The notes beneath the pieces were generated by a model, which was given only the letters and a program-made list of their open reading frames with translations, was not told the origin of the DNA and did no database searches. 64,000 nucleotides of DNA, taken from IMG/VR virus record IMGVR_UViG_3300047585_000208, positions 32,001 through 96,000 of that record; one strand, given 5' to 3'. This document shows positions 39,351 through 49,084 of the stretch, piece by piece. A program made the translations under genes and the position numbers. Position 1 is the stretch's first letter, and each line of letters begins with the position of its first letter. The DNA comes from a virus.

Positions 39351-40502
39351 ATGAGTAGCCTAATAGTCGAAGTCTGCGAAGTAGCTGATGTCGTCGATCA
39401 TCCTAATGCCGATCGAATGGCTGTAGCTAAGATTCGTGGTTGGGACGTTTGTGTAGCTAAGAATTCGGATGGCACGCCTTGGTGTAAGAAGGGGCAGAAG
39501 GTCGTCTTTTTCCCGCCTGACTCCGTTATTCCTCAAGCAGTTAGCGATAAGCACGGTGTTACAAAGTATCTGTCAAAAGGTCGTGTTCGCGTTGCAAATC
39601 TTCGTGGATTCAAGAGTTACGGCTATCTTGCTGATCTAGACGATCCGAGTTGGCCAGTTGGTAAAGACGTCGCTGAGCATTACGGTGTTACTAAGTACGA
39701 TCCGCCGATGCGGACTACCCAAGGAGACGCGGCTAAACCTCATCCGCTTTTCCACACCTATTACGACATGGAGAACATTAGAAACTTCCCAGATGTTTTC
39801 CAAGAAGGTGAAGAAGTTTATGTGACCGAGAAGATCCACGGAGAGAATTGCCGTTTAGGCCTTATTCGCGATACGAACGATAAAGGTGAAGCTGTTTGGA
39901 AGTGGATGGCCGGCACGCACGCGGTCCGGCGTAAACGTTTTTATCAAAAGCGCGATCGAGAGACTTTTGAGTTTGTCGGGCCGGCGCTCACGAGCTCGTG
40001 CTGGCAGTGTTTTAATCCTGAAATAATGCGAATGTTGCTCGATGTTAGCAAGTGCGGTTATACGCTTGAAGAATTTAGTAAGTCGGAGTATGCCGATAGA
40101 CCGCCTGCGCCGTCTGGCAATAGCGTTGTGCTCTTTGGAGAGCGATTTGGGATGCAGGATATAAAATACGGCCTCACGGACGGCAAATTCAGTTTCCGCG
40201 CTTTCGATTTGACGATTAACGGTCGGTACGTAGACTTTGAGGAGAAACTTTCTAAGTTCAAAGCTTTCGGTGTACTGCACGTTCCGTTTCTCTGGCAAGG
40301 ACCTTATAGCTTCGAGAAGATTGTCGAATTGACTGAAGGTCCTTCTTTTCTTCATAACGGACAGCCTTTCAAGGAAGGTGTTGTTGTAACTGCTGCGGTG
40401 GAGCGGTCAGTTGTTACGTCACGGAAGGTCATGAGTCGCGCTCAGCTCAAGTGTATTAGCTTCGCTTACCTGAGTCGGAAAGATGGAACTGAGGGTCACT
40501 AA
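39351..40502 (+). CDS. RNA ligase, DRB0094/Rnl2-like family
   Basis: N-terminal HPNADR OB-like domain; motif I TEKIHGEN; FGE; AFDL; EGVV; LKCIS. Confidence 0.85.
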   Translation: MSSLIVEVCEVADVVDHPNADRMAVAKIRGWDVCVAKNSDGTPWCKKGQKVVFFPPDSVIPQAVSDKHGVTKYLSKGRVRVANLRGFKSYGYLADLDDPSWPVGKDVAEHYGVTKYDPPMRTTQGDAAKPHPLFHTYYDMENIRNFPDVFQEGEEVYVTEKIHGENCRLGLIRDTNDKGEAVWKWMAGTHAVRRKRFYQKRDRETFEFVGPALTSSCWQCFNPEIMRMLLDVSKCGYTLEEFSKSEYADRPPAPSGNSVVLFGERFGMQDIKYGLTDGKFSFRAFDLTINGRYVDFEEKLSKFKAFGVLHVPFLWQGPYSFEKIVELTEGPSFLHNGQPFKEGVVVTAAVERSVVTSRKVMSRAQLKCISFAYLSRKDGTEGH

Positions 40503-40511
40503 GGAGGATCA

Positions 40512-40637
40512 ATGCTGGATTACTTATTTGAAACCTTTGTTTGGCTTCTAGTTTGCGGATCAGTTTTTACGATTATCTTTGTTGTCGCAGAAACCTTCTA
40601 TCACGACTACGAAGATGATGATGACTTTTTTGAGTAA
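40512..40637 (+). CDS. Single-TM micro-protein with acidic tail
   Basis: AAGGAGG RBS; ...YEDDDDFFE; stop lies in the palindrome. Confidence 0.5.
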   Translation: MLDYLFETFVWLLVCGSVFTIIFVVAETFYHDYEDDDDFFE

Positions 40638-40664
40638 TGCGTTACTCAGTTTTAAGGAGGATGG

Positions 40665-40772
40665 ATGGCGCTTTATCAGTTCATTGGGCTTATGTCGCTT
40701 GTTGTGGTTGTCTTTGGAATCGGGATTCTCGGGATCCTGGTTGAGGACGACGCACCTTTTAAGGAGAACTAA
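40665..40772 (+). CDS. Single-TM micro-protein
   Basis: AAGGAGG RBS; MALYQFIGLMSLVVVVFGIGILGILVEDD. Confidence 0.45.
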   Translation: MALYQFIGLMSLVVVVFGIGILGILVEDDAPFKEN

Positions 40773-40773
40773 C

Positions 40774-40875
40774 GTGGCAGAGATTCTCGTAGGTTTTCTA
40801 TCGCTCGGGTTTTTGCTGCTCGTGTTGGTCGCTGCGGGCTACGGGACGATCATTGAGGCAGATGAGTTGCACTAA
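40774..40875 (+). CDS. Single-TM micro-protein
   Basis: AAGGAG RBS, GTG start; TAATG overlap with Rad50. Confidence 0.45.
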   Translation: MAEILVGFLSLGFLLLVLVAAGYGTIIEADELH

Positions 40876-42998
40876 TGCGTTTATTAAAAGCAAAGTTTGT
40901 CAACTATTGCCGTCACCGGGATTTGGAGATCAACTTCAATCCCGGTTTGACGGCTATTGTCGGACCTAACGGTTCCGGTAAATCGACCATTCTTAATGGT
41001 CTAGTCTGGTGCCTCACTGGCGTAGACCGTAACGTTGGAAAGAAGGATGATAACATCAGTCTTGCTGCACTCGATCGTGAGCCGGCTGGGGTTACGGTTT
41101 GGTTTGAGCACGCTGGTGTTACTGCGGAGATGTACCGTGGACTTTATCCTTCGAAGCAGCATCTGCGCTTTGGCGATACTCTCCTAAATAAAGACAAGGA
41201 GATTCGCGTAAAGCTTCAAGAGATCCTTGGGGCTAGCGAAGACGTTCTACTCAATTACGTCTTTGTTGAGCAGCTCAAGATGTTCGCATTCATCGGTCAA
41301 AGCGATACCCAGGTCGCTCAGGCGATGGGACAGCTCTTTGGCACAGATAAAGCAGAGCGTATCTACGAGATGCTGGGAAAGCAGCAAGTTACTATTCCCC
41401 TGTCTGCCGTTGACGGAGATCAGCTCGCGATCAAGACTCAAGAAGCTGAGCAGCTGCTAGCTGAAGTCGATAGCGACCTTTTGCAGTATCAGGACATCCA
41501 AGACGGCTGGACAGAGACCCGGTCACCGCACTACACTAAGCTTCAAACTTTCAAAGAGCGACAACGCCTTTGGGAGGACTTCAATAAAACGACAGCGCAA
41601 ATAGCGGCCCCAAACGCTAAATTGGCTGAACTTCAGCCGGAGCTTTTACGTAGAAAAGCTGAATTAGAGGAGTTGAGTAATGCATTACTCAGCAGAAAGC
41701 CAGCTGTTGCCAAAGCTAAAGCCGACCAGACTGAGTGGATCCGCTATAATGCCGCGATTGGCTATCAGGCACTCAATAAAAAGAGAGAACTTGAACAGCA
41801 AGCGATCCTTAGCTCGCTGGTTGAGCCGTATAAGCCTCCAGAGTGTACACAGTTTGCTGAGGTTGACCGGACTGTAATGCTTGGTAGACAAGACGAGCTT
41901 AAACGCCGCAGACAGCTTGTTGCTGCCTGGAAAAATGGTGGCTCTGGCAAATGCCACGCCTGCGGAACTTCAGCTACTGTTATCCGAGCTAGGCTCCCAG
42001 AAGAGGAAGAAGAAATAATTGTACTTTCTGCGAGAGTTGCCCTTGACAATCAACTCTGGGATTCATATAAAGGCTATAACCAGCAACTTGAGCTTTACAA
42101 GAGGCAAAAAGACGCAGCTACTCGATCGCTCGCCGATATCCGAAAACAGCTTAATGAGATAGCTCTTCCGCCAAAGCCAGCGCAAGGCGAAGCTGAAATT
42201 AATTCGTTTCTGGAAGAACAGCAGACGTATGAGAGTGGGTTCGTGGCGCTTGAGCAGGTGTATAACCAGCTTTCAAGAACTTGTGCTGAGCTTGAAGGGC
42301 AGATCAATCAGTTGAACGCACTAGAGCAAGCTTTGGCTGACAAGATCTTTGCTATTCCTTTGATTAAGCCAGAAGAAGCGGTTGAAGCAGAGCTAAAGCT
42401 CGAAGAAGGCCGTAAGCGGGTAGAGGTAAAGCGAAACCTCCTCGCAAGGCAGCGCCTCTTGATTGAGCAGCTTAAACACGATAAGATTTCCGCTGAAAAG
42501 TACCAAGAGTACAAAAAGAAAGTTCATCGGCTTGAGGCGTTAGAGCAACACAGGGTGAAAGTCCGGGAGATTTTTCATCGAGACAACTTGCAGAAGAGAG
42601 TAGTTGAGAGTTATTTGGAGCTTCTTAAAGAAGAGATTAATCAGCATCAAGAAAGTTTTGATGCGACTTGTCGAGTCCTTGGATTCGAAGATTGGCGGTT
42701 TATTGTTAAGAAGCTTCCGGGAGGAGAGGTTCATTCAGCGTCGAGACTTTCAAAGGGTGAGCAAGCTTTATTTGCGCTAGCTTATCGAATTGTAATTAAC
42801 TCGACTTTTGCAAAGGATCTTGGCCTCCTCTGTTTAGATGAACCGACAGTGGCTTTGGACGCGGATAATAGAAGGTGTCTGGAGACTGCGCTCATAAAAC
42901 TTAGAGAACTAAGTGAGTCGCGAGGTCTTCAGGTGCTCTTGGTTACGCATGACACTGATATTGGTTCATTTGATACCGTAATCCGGCTGGAGGCCTGA
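40875..42998 (+). CDS. Rad50/SbcC-like SMC ATPase
   Basis: Walker A GPNGSGKST, coiled coils with CHAC zinc hook, signature LSKGEQ, Walker B CLDEPT, LVTH. Confidence 0.92.
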   Translation: MRLLKAKFVNYCRHRDLEINFNPGLTAIVGPNGSGKSTILNGLVWCLTGVDRNVGKKDDNISLAALDREPAGVTVWFEHAGVTAEMYRGLYPSKQHLRFGDTLLNKDKEIRVKLQEILGASEDVLLNYVFVEQLKMFAFIGQSDTQVAQAMGQLFGTDKAERIYEMLGKQQVTIPLSAVDGDQLAIKTQEAEQLLAEVDSDLLQYQDIQDGWTETRSPHYTKLQTFKERQRLWEDFNKTTAQIAAPNAKLAELQPELLRRKAELEELSNALLSRKPAVAKAKADQTEWIRYNAAIGYQALNKKRELEQQAILSSLVEPYKPPECTQFAEVDRTVMLGRQDELKRRRQLVAAWKNGGSGKCHACGTSATVIRARLPEEEEEIIVLSARVALDNQLWDSYKGYNQQLELYKRQKDAATRSLADIRKQLNEIALPPKPAQGEAEINSFLEEQQTYESGFVALEQVYNQLSRTCAELEGQINQLNALEQALADKIFAIPLIKPEEAVEAELKLEEGRKRVEVKRNLLARQRLLIEQLKHDKISAEKYQEYKKKVHRLEALEQHRVKVREIFHRDNLQKRVVESYLELLKEEINQHQESFDATCRVLGFEDWRFIVKKLPGGEVHSASRLSKGEQALFALAYRIVINSTFAKDLGLLCLDEPTVALDADNRRCLETALIKLRELSESRGLQVLLVTHDTDIGSFDTVIRLEA

Positions 42999-43936
42999 TG
43001 GAAAAGTTGATTCAGCCTGAGGCTGTAGACGCCGATCGGCTTAAGCTGGTTGTTGATCATCACGGAATAGTGTGGTTTGCCGAAGGAGCCGATTCGCCTC
43101 GAAATTCGGGTTTTAATGTTCAAGATTATATAGCGCAGGCCGATAACCTTCGGGCTGTTTCAGGTATTCGTGTCATAGGCACACACGAGAACTCTGAACT
43201 TCTTCTTCGGCTTTACCGAATGCGGTCTGCCGGGCAATTTCCAATTCTTGAAGTTTGTAGTCCTCTTTGCTGCGAGCCCGCGGCACAGCGGAAAGACCCA
43301 GAAGTGGTGCTTTACAAGATGCGTAACTTCCCAGTTGCCAGGTCTGTGGGTGGCTGGCATGAGTTTGATGCCTCAGATGTTAAGTCTTACTTGCTTGCTT
43401 TGCACTATCAAAAGGGTCTGACAATCACTGAAACCCAGCAAGCGGTTCTCCGTGAGCATCGTATGTGGCTTCCTTTGTCATTCATTCACGATATTGACAT
43501 TGAGGCTTGCTGTACGCTCGTAGGGTTACTCATTGACCCTCGCTGGTACGTCAGCCGAACAGAGCCAGATAGCGAGGGTAAGCTTGAGCAGTTTTTAGGG
43601 CTTAGCACTTCAATTCAATCTGGAGCTGAAAAGGGCCAAGGAAAACTGCACGACCGGTGCCGGCTTGTTCAAAAATGCTGGCGGCGACGTGGAGCTCCTC
43701 GGTGTAATCCAGAAGACCCAAGACAGTTTCTATGGCGTATGTGGAATGAAAAAGGCGGTGGAGCAAGGGCAGACTTGTTTATATCGAAGAAGTTTGTGAG
43801 CTTTTTGAAAGCAGTCTGGACAGACGCTCTTGCTCCAGAGTCTCGGCGTGGCCGGCTAATGGTGTCAAAACATTGGTTTTCTGAACCACGAGATGCTGAA
43901 GCTTTTGATCAATATACTCAGGCTGGTGCCTGTTAA
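42998..43936 (+). CDS. Hypothetical protein with possible IS110 transposase-like (Transposase_20) segment
   Basis: LSFIHDIDIEACCTLVGLLIDPRWY...GKLEQFLGL parallels the IS110 'IPGIG...IGD..RF....L..Y.GL' pattern. Confidence 0.45.
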   Translation: MEKLIQPEAVDADRLKLVVDHHGIVWFAEGADSPRNSGFNVQDYIAQADNLRAVSGIRVIGTHENSELLLRLYRMRSAGQFPILEVCSPLCCEPAAQRKDPEVVLYKMRNFPVARSVGGWHEFDASDVKSYLLALHYQKGLTITETQQAVLREHRMWLPLSFIHDIDIEACCTLVGLLIDPRWYVSRTEPDSEGKLEQFLGLSTSIQSGAEKGQGKLHDRCRLVQKCWRRRGAPRCNPEDPRQFLWRMWNEKGGGARADLFISKKFVSFLKAVWTDALAPESRRGRLMVSKHWFSEPRDAEAFDQYTQAGAC

Positions 43937-43944
43937 GAGGAGTC

Positions 43945-45444
43945 GTGGAAAAACTTACACTTCGTAAATCGGGCGCGGTTCTCGAAATCTCGCTCGACGG
44001 GAAACCTCACGCTTCTTCGGCGCTTCCAGAAGCCGCTAGAAGGATATTAGAGCCTGCCCTTCAATACCAGTACCGCAAATTTTTGTATGGAGCAGATCGC
44101 CGTTGCCCGGTTACTGGCGTTCAGCGCCGGGTTTTAGTAACTGATAAACAACTCTACAGGTACGACGAATACGGCCGCCTTATCACTAACTTTGGATTTG
44201 CCAATCGCGTTCAAAATCTCCTCCGTTCGGTCGGTTACATCCTCGAATGTAAAATTGTACCCAGTGACCGTGAAGCGCACCGGGACTGCGCACGTCCGGA
44301 CGCTTACTCTTTTTGTCCCGAAAACATCTTAGAGCACTTTCAGTTTAGGGAGCGCCAAGACGACGCTATTGCCGCAATTGCAGGGGCTCAAAATGGTCTT
44401 GTCAATGCGGTTACCGGCTTCGGGAAGCTGGTACTTATCGCAATGACATGCCTTGCTTACCCCAAGGCAGTCTTTCATATTGTTACTCGGCGAGCTACGC
44501 TTGTTCATAAGATTCACGACTACTTGACGAAGTACATTCCAGACGTAGGGTTAGTTGGAGCTGGGTCTCGTTATGTCGGTAGACGCGTGACTGTCTCAAC
44601 TGCCGCGAGTATGCACCACTTGTCCCCCTGGGACGCAGATTTTCTTTTGGCCGACGAAGCTCATGAACTTCTTGCTGAAGAGTCAGCTAAATTTTTAGCT
44701 AAGTACGACTGCGCTAGGATGTTTGCCTTTACTGCTTCTCCAACCGGTCGCATGGACGGCACTGACATGCGGATGGAAGCTATTTTTGGAGAGCAGATCT
44801 TTTACCTTCCTTATTGGGAAGCTGTTGAACTTGGATTAGTGGTCCCTATTAGGGTCGAATGGACTGACGTGCTTATGGATCACAACCCAGTCGCTGACAA
44901 AGACGGGGTTCCAAAGAAGCGCTGGGGGCATTGGCGTAATCAGTATCGGAATCAGCTCATTGCTGATAAAGCTAATAGCTTCGATAGCGCCGACCAGGTT
45001 CTTCTTCTGGTTGACACGATTGAGCACGCGTGTTATTTGAAAGCTCATCTTCCTACCTATAAGTTGGTTTACGCACCAGGAGAAGTGGCTAAGACTGATT
45101 TCTATGTGGCTAAAGATCTAGTCAAGGAGGAAGACCTTAAGCTGACACCAAAGCTTGCTGAGCAGTTTCGAAAAGAGTTCGAGGCTGGCGAGCTTAAGAA
45201 GGTCATAGCGACCGGTGTTTGGTCAGTAGGTATTGACCCAGTTCATTTGACAGCGCTTATTCGTGGGTCAGCCGGTAGCTCCGAGATTATGGATATCCAA
45301 GCCCCCGGTCGCGCCTCTAGGCGAGTTCCTGGTAAACACGTTGGGATAGTCTGCGATTTTAAGGATCAATTCGATTCTGCATTTTCAAGTGCCGCTAAAA
45401 AACGAGCTTCACATTACAAAGCTCTTCGTTGGGAGCAAGTATGA
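43945..45444 (+). CDS. Superfamily 2 DNA helicase (UvsW-like)
   Basis: VTGFGK, ADEAH, TASP, VGID, QAPGRASR. Confidence 0.88.
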   Translation: MEKLTLRKSGAVLEISLDGKPHASSALPEAARRILEPALQYQYRKFLYGADRRCPVTGVQRRVLVTDKQLYRYDEYGRLITNFGFANRVQNLLRSVGYILECKIVPSDREAHRDCARPDAYSFCPENILEHFQFRERQDDAIAAIAGAQNGLVNAVTGFGKLVLIAMTCLAYPKAVFHIVTRRATLVHKIHDYLTKYIPDVGLVGAGSRYVGRRVTVSTAASMHHLSPWDADFLLADEAHELLAEESAKFLAKYDCARMFAFTASPTGRMDGTDMRMEAIFGEQIFYLPYWEAVELGLVVPIRVEWTDVLMDHNPVADKDGVPKKRWGHWRNQYRNQLIADKANSFDSADQVLLLVDTIEHACYLKAHLPTYKLVYAPGEVAKTDFYVAKDLVKEEDLKLTPKLAEQFRKEFEAGELKKVIATGVWSVGIDPVHLTALIRGSAGSSEIMDIQAPGRASRRVPGKHVGIVCDFKDQFDSAFSSAAKKRASHYKALRWEQV

Positions 45445-46100
45445 CGGATACCGACGATCAAATTGACCGACTTGCTGAGGCTATTAGAGACATGTACTGG
45501 GAAGAAAGAATTCGGTACGAGGGTCAAGCTACCGGCAGGTTTGGAAAAGCCGGAGATCACCACGCGGTTCGTTGGGACGGCGGGGAAGACGTTTATGGTC
45601 GACGTTATGAGCCTATTTGGCCAAAGATTGCAAAGAGGCTCATAAAAGACTTCATCTCTCCGGAGCGGGCTATTAGAGCTGTCTTCATGACGGCGCATGG
45701 AACTTCAGCGCCGCTGCCTAATGTGCTGCTTGGTAAGAACTTAGCGAGAACTGTTGAAGTAACCGCAGAGAATCGGTTTGAGGAGATCAAGCGTCAGGCC
45801 AACGTTGAGGTTGAATATGCCAAGACACATATCATCCTGCTGATGAGCAGCTATACCGAGACCCAATCTCAGCGATTAGCAATAGTTAGTAGTGAGATAC
45901 AGCTTACTCCTTTATTCCGATTTTGCTTGGCCGTTAAATTCGGTCATTTTGATTTAGCAGAGAAGTATAGAGAAAGGGCATTCAATCAATTCATTAATGA
46001 CGCCGAGTGCTACAGGCAAATCTTTCAAGACGGGTTCATACCGGCGGAGTTCGATACTCGACTGGCAGAGCTCAGGACAGCAGTCAGGAGCGCCAAATGA
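45441..46100 (+). CDS. Hypothetical replication-module protein
   Basis: ATGA overlaps at both ends; located between two helicases. Confidence 0.55.
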   Translation: MTDTDDQIDRLAEAIRDMYWEERIRYEGQATGRFGKAGDHHAVRWDGGEDVYGRRYEPIWPKIAKRLIKDFISPERAIRAVFMTAHGTSAPLPNVLLGKNLARTVEVTAENRFEEIKRQANVEVEYAKTHIILLMSSYTETQSQRLAIVSSEIQLTPLFRFCLAVKFGHFDLAEKYRERAFNQFINDAECYRQIFQDGFIPAEFDTRLAELRTAVRSAK

Positions 46101-47752
46101 CAAATCAGTTGGACTGCACAGAAACGCGCGCTCGCATGGTGCTGGAAGAACGCTTATTTATGATGGCGTTTATTCTGCGGCTCCCAGAGTTATTTGCTCA
46201 AGCGGCGACGCACTTCAAAGCACAGTTATTTTCGGAATCGGATGAGCCGCATCTCCGACTTCTCTGGCGAGTTATTGCAGGAATTTTAAAGCAGCACGGG
46301 ACAACCCGGTTCTTTGTTAATAAAGACCAGACCTGGAATATGCTTTCTGCTGAGTGCAGCGCTTATATAGCTGCGCATCCGACAGAGTTACCAGAGGTTT
46401 ATCGCGAGCAATTGCTAGGCGATGCCCCACAGGGTTTCTTGGCTTGGACATTTAATCTGCAAGAGAAGGAGTTAGTCAAGCTCTGGGGGCAGGAGCTTAT
46501 TATTCGGTTTCTTGAAGAGCGCTGGGTGCAAGACCCAATGCGCCGAGCTATCGATGGGGCGGGTAATCAAACGCTCGCTAACCTTAATTCGATCTTGCGA
46601 GAAGTCCGTGAGCGTGAAGCGCTTGTTACCTCGTTGACCGGTTCGGAATCTGAAGAAGTAATTCCAGACGGCTGGATACCTCAAGCGATTACGCTTGTGC
46701 CGACTAACGTACCGTTCATCGACAAGATTCTCAATGGCGGAGATGCAGCCAAAGAAACTTACGGCGTTCTTGGTGCGTTTAAAGCCGGTAAGACAACTCT
46801 TGCGATTCAGATAGTGAGTGGGACTGCTAGGTATGAGCTGGGGCAAAGAGGTAGAAATCCGGATCACGAGCTTCGATTTGGTTACATGTTCACTTATGAA
46901 GCTGGGGCAGACGAATCGCGAAGTCGTATTATTTCGCATATGGCCAGGATTTCTCGTGCCACGCTCATGAACTGGGGTAAAGAACCTCTATCAACAGCTG
47001 GTAATTACAAACCATATGAATTGGCTGCGTTTAAGGCTGAGATCGAGGAGTGCCAGAGGGCTGGTGTCCCGTTTGGTGGAGAGAAAGAACGATATGAAGC
47101 GGCTAAGCAGCACATGCAGCAACTTCGTATCTTTGACATGTCTGGTCCAATCGCTAATCCAAAGCAAGGTAGCGGAGGTCTAGATGAGATCGCGATGAAG
47201 CTTGACCAAGAAGCTCAGCATGGGCGTAAGCCTCGTCGTGTAGTGATTGACTATGCCGGGCTATGTGTAAATCGTTTCTGTTCCGAGCATGGGGTTAATA
47301 ATCCTAGCGAGCGCTTTCAGGCACTTAACACCTTCGGCTATGACACTTTGCGGAAGATCGCAGTTCCGTATGACTGCTCTGTTTGGATTATGCATCAGTT
47401 GTCTGGTCAGGCCAATAAGGCAACCTGGGCTAAGAAGCAATCTCATGCAGACGCAGCCGGTGGCGCGTCATTTGCTGAAAATTTAGTGACTTGTTTTCAG
47501 CTCGGTATTCCTCATCCAACCCACAAGGGATCTTATTTCTCGTGTGGCGTTTCTAGGCGAACGGATGTTGGAGAGCCCATTCTTGTTCGCTTGGACGGGC
47601 TTCTTGGCACAATTCGTGACGCGTCGTCCGAACTGCTCGACCGAGATGGCGAATTAGTCTTGAAGTCAGAGTTTGGAAATATCCATCGCAGTGTTCAACC
47701 AAGACTGGCTGAACGCACAGGTGGCGGTTATGTAGCGAGGGCTTTTGAATGA
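46097..47752 (+). CDS. DnaB-like replicative helicase
   Basis: TNVPFIDKILNGG, Walker A GAFKAGKTT, FTYE, VIDY, MHQL; AGGAG RBS before ATG 46097. Confidence 0.82.
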   Translation: MTNQLDCTETRARMVLEERLFMMAFILRLPELFAQAATHFKAQLFSESDEPHLRLLWRVIAGILKQHGTTRFFVNKDQTWNMLSAECSAYIAAHPTELPEVYREQLLGDAPQGFLAWTFNLQEKELVKLWGQELIIRFLEERWVQDPMRRAIDGAGNQTLANLNSILREVREREALVTSLTGSESEEVIPDGWIPQAITLVPTNVPFIDKILNGGDAAKETYGVLGAFKAGKTTLAIQIVSGTARYELGQRGRNPDHELRFGYMFTYEAGADESRSRIISHMARISRATLMNWGKEPLSTAGNYKPYELAAFKAEIEECQRAGVPFGGEKERYEAAKQHMQQLRIFDMSGPIANPKQGSGGLDEIAMKLDQEAQHGRKPRRVVIDYAGLCVNRFCSEHGVNNPSERFQALNTFGYDTLRKIAVPYDCSVWIMHQLSGQANKATWAKKQSHADAAGGASFAENLVTCFQLGIPHPTHKGSYFSCGVSRRTDVGEPILVRLDGLLGTIRDASSELLDRDGELVLKSEFGNIHRSVQPRLAERTGGGYVARAFE

Positions 47753-48822
47753 GAGCCCTTAGACCAGCTCTGTACGATCGGCTAAAAGCCAGAGCTTCAA
47801 TGCACAAATTTGGGGAGATTGTCATTGCTCACGAGAATGAGTCAATGGTCTCTCACGTAGAGTGGTCTGCGGATGAAGAGCGATTTAAGCTTCGCATTGA
47901 TCAGCCAGGCGAGTACTACAGGGTCAATTGCCCCTTTTGCACAGATACTCGTCGTCGGCTTTGGATCAATCACATGTGGGGCTTTTATAACGAGCGCTGC
48001 CGGAGCCGAAACCTCTGGTTAGCTGCTTGCTATAACGAGAGCTGTCTTCAAAGGCCTGGTTATGCCTACAAACTCTACGAAATGATATTTAGCGATGTAA
48101 CTAATCGAAGGCAGGCTGTAGAAGCGGATGTAGTCGAGGTAGGAGAGAAACCGGCAGGCCTTTGTCAAGAAGCTCGTCCACCGGGTGTAGTTTATCCGCT
48201 GCACGAGCTTCCGTTTGATCATCCAGCTAACCTGTATTTGCGTAAGCGCGGCTATGACACAGATATGCTTGGGCGTACTTTACAGGTTGGCTGGTGTTCG
48301 GAGGCTTCTTGTCGTGAGTTATTTCTGGCTGCGAATCGCGTGATTATCCCGATATGGCTCTACGGGACCTATGTCGGCTGGCAGGCTCGTGAAATAGAAG
48401 AGCGTGAAAGTACTGCTCCAAAATATTTCACGATGCCGGGGATGAAAAAGCGCGGCTGCCTCTATAACTACGACATTGCGAGAAATTTTGACTTTGTCGT
48501 GGTTACTGAGGGTGTTACGAAGGTCTGGAGTGTTGGTCCAGAGAGCGTAGCGATCCTTGGTAAGAAGCTTTCTTCCTGGCAAGCTCAAGCTATTTGTGGA
48601 ACCTGGAAGAAAGCCGTTATTTATTTAGACGGTAGCGCGGCAGAAGAAGCGCTTGAAGCTAAAGACGCTTTGAGAAGTGTTCCGGAGGTGGCGCTGGTTC
48701 AATTGCCATCAGGCAAAGAACCAGGAGATTTTTCAATTGATTACAATCGTCAATTAATTTATTACGAAGCAAAAAGGCAAGGCATAGCGCTTGCTGGGCT
48801 TAAGGAGGAGTCAGATGGGTAG
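47749..48822 (+). CDS. DnaG-like DNA primase
   Basis: CPFC...CYNESC zinc finger, YLRKRG, RVIIP...GWQAR...PKY, TOPRIM VVTEG / YLDG. Confidence 0.85.
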   Translation: MRALRPALYDRLKARASMHKFGEIVIAHENESMVSHVEWSADEERFKLRIDQPGEYYRVNCPFCTDTRRRLWINHMWGFYNERCRSRNLWLAACYNESCLQRPGYAYKLYEMIFSDVTNRRQAVEADVVEVGEKPAGLCQEARPPGVVYPLHELPFDHPANLYLRKRGYDTDMLGRTLQVGWCSEASCRELFLAANRVIIPIWLYGTYVGWQAREIEERESTAPKYFTMPGMKKRGCLYNYDIARNFDFVVVTEGVTKVWSVGPESVAILGKKLSSWQAQAICGTWKKAVIYLDGSAAEEALEAKDALRSVPEVALVQLPSGKEPGDFSIDYNRQLIYYEAKRQGIALAGLKEESDG

Positions 48823-49057
48823 TGTGATTTTTATGTTGACTGCGGTTTTCGGACAGCTGTTGGTATTTGGAGCCGGTTATATGTTGTGTCGGCAATGCTT
48901 GGTACACGAGTATCGGATGCGAGCGTTGAAGTATCCGACTAAGACTTTTGCTGAGCTTACGGCTAGGTTTAATCGATTACCTAGTCGAGCAAAGATGATA
49001 TGGGCGTTGAACAAATTTGATTGGGACGAGTACTTGAATGGGTCGGACGCTAGTTGA
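48815..49057 (+). CDS. Small membrane protein
   Basis: AAGGAGG RBS; N-terminal TM helix; stop lies in the palindrome. Confidence 0.5.
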   Translation: MGSVIFMLTAVFGQLLVFGAGYMLCRQCLVHEYRMRALKYPTKTFAELTARFNRLPSRAKMIWALNKFDWDEYLNGSDAS

Positions 49058-49084
49058 GTAACGTATTACTCAGAAAGGAGAAGG

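Noticed and set aside
40579-40875. 98-aa ORF from the track
   Set aside because: Better explained by three RBS-led micro-ORFs; it reads through the palindrome
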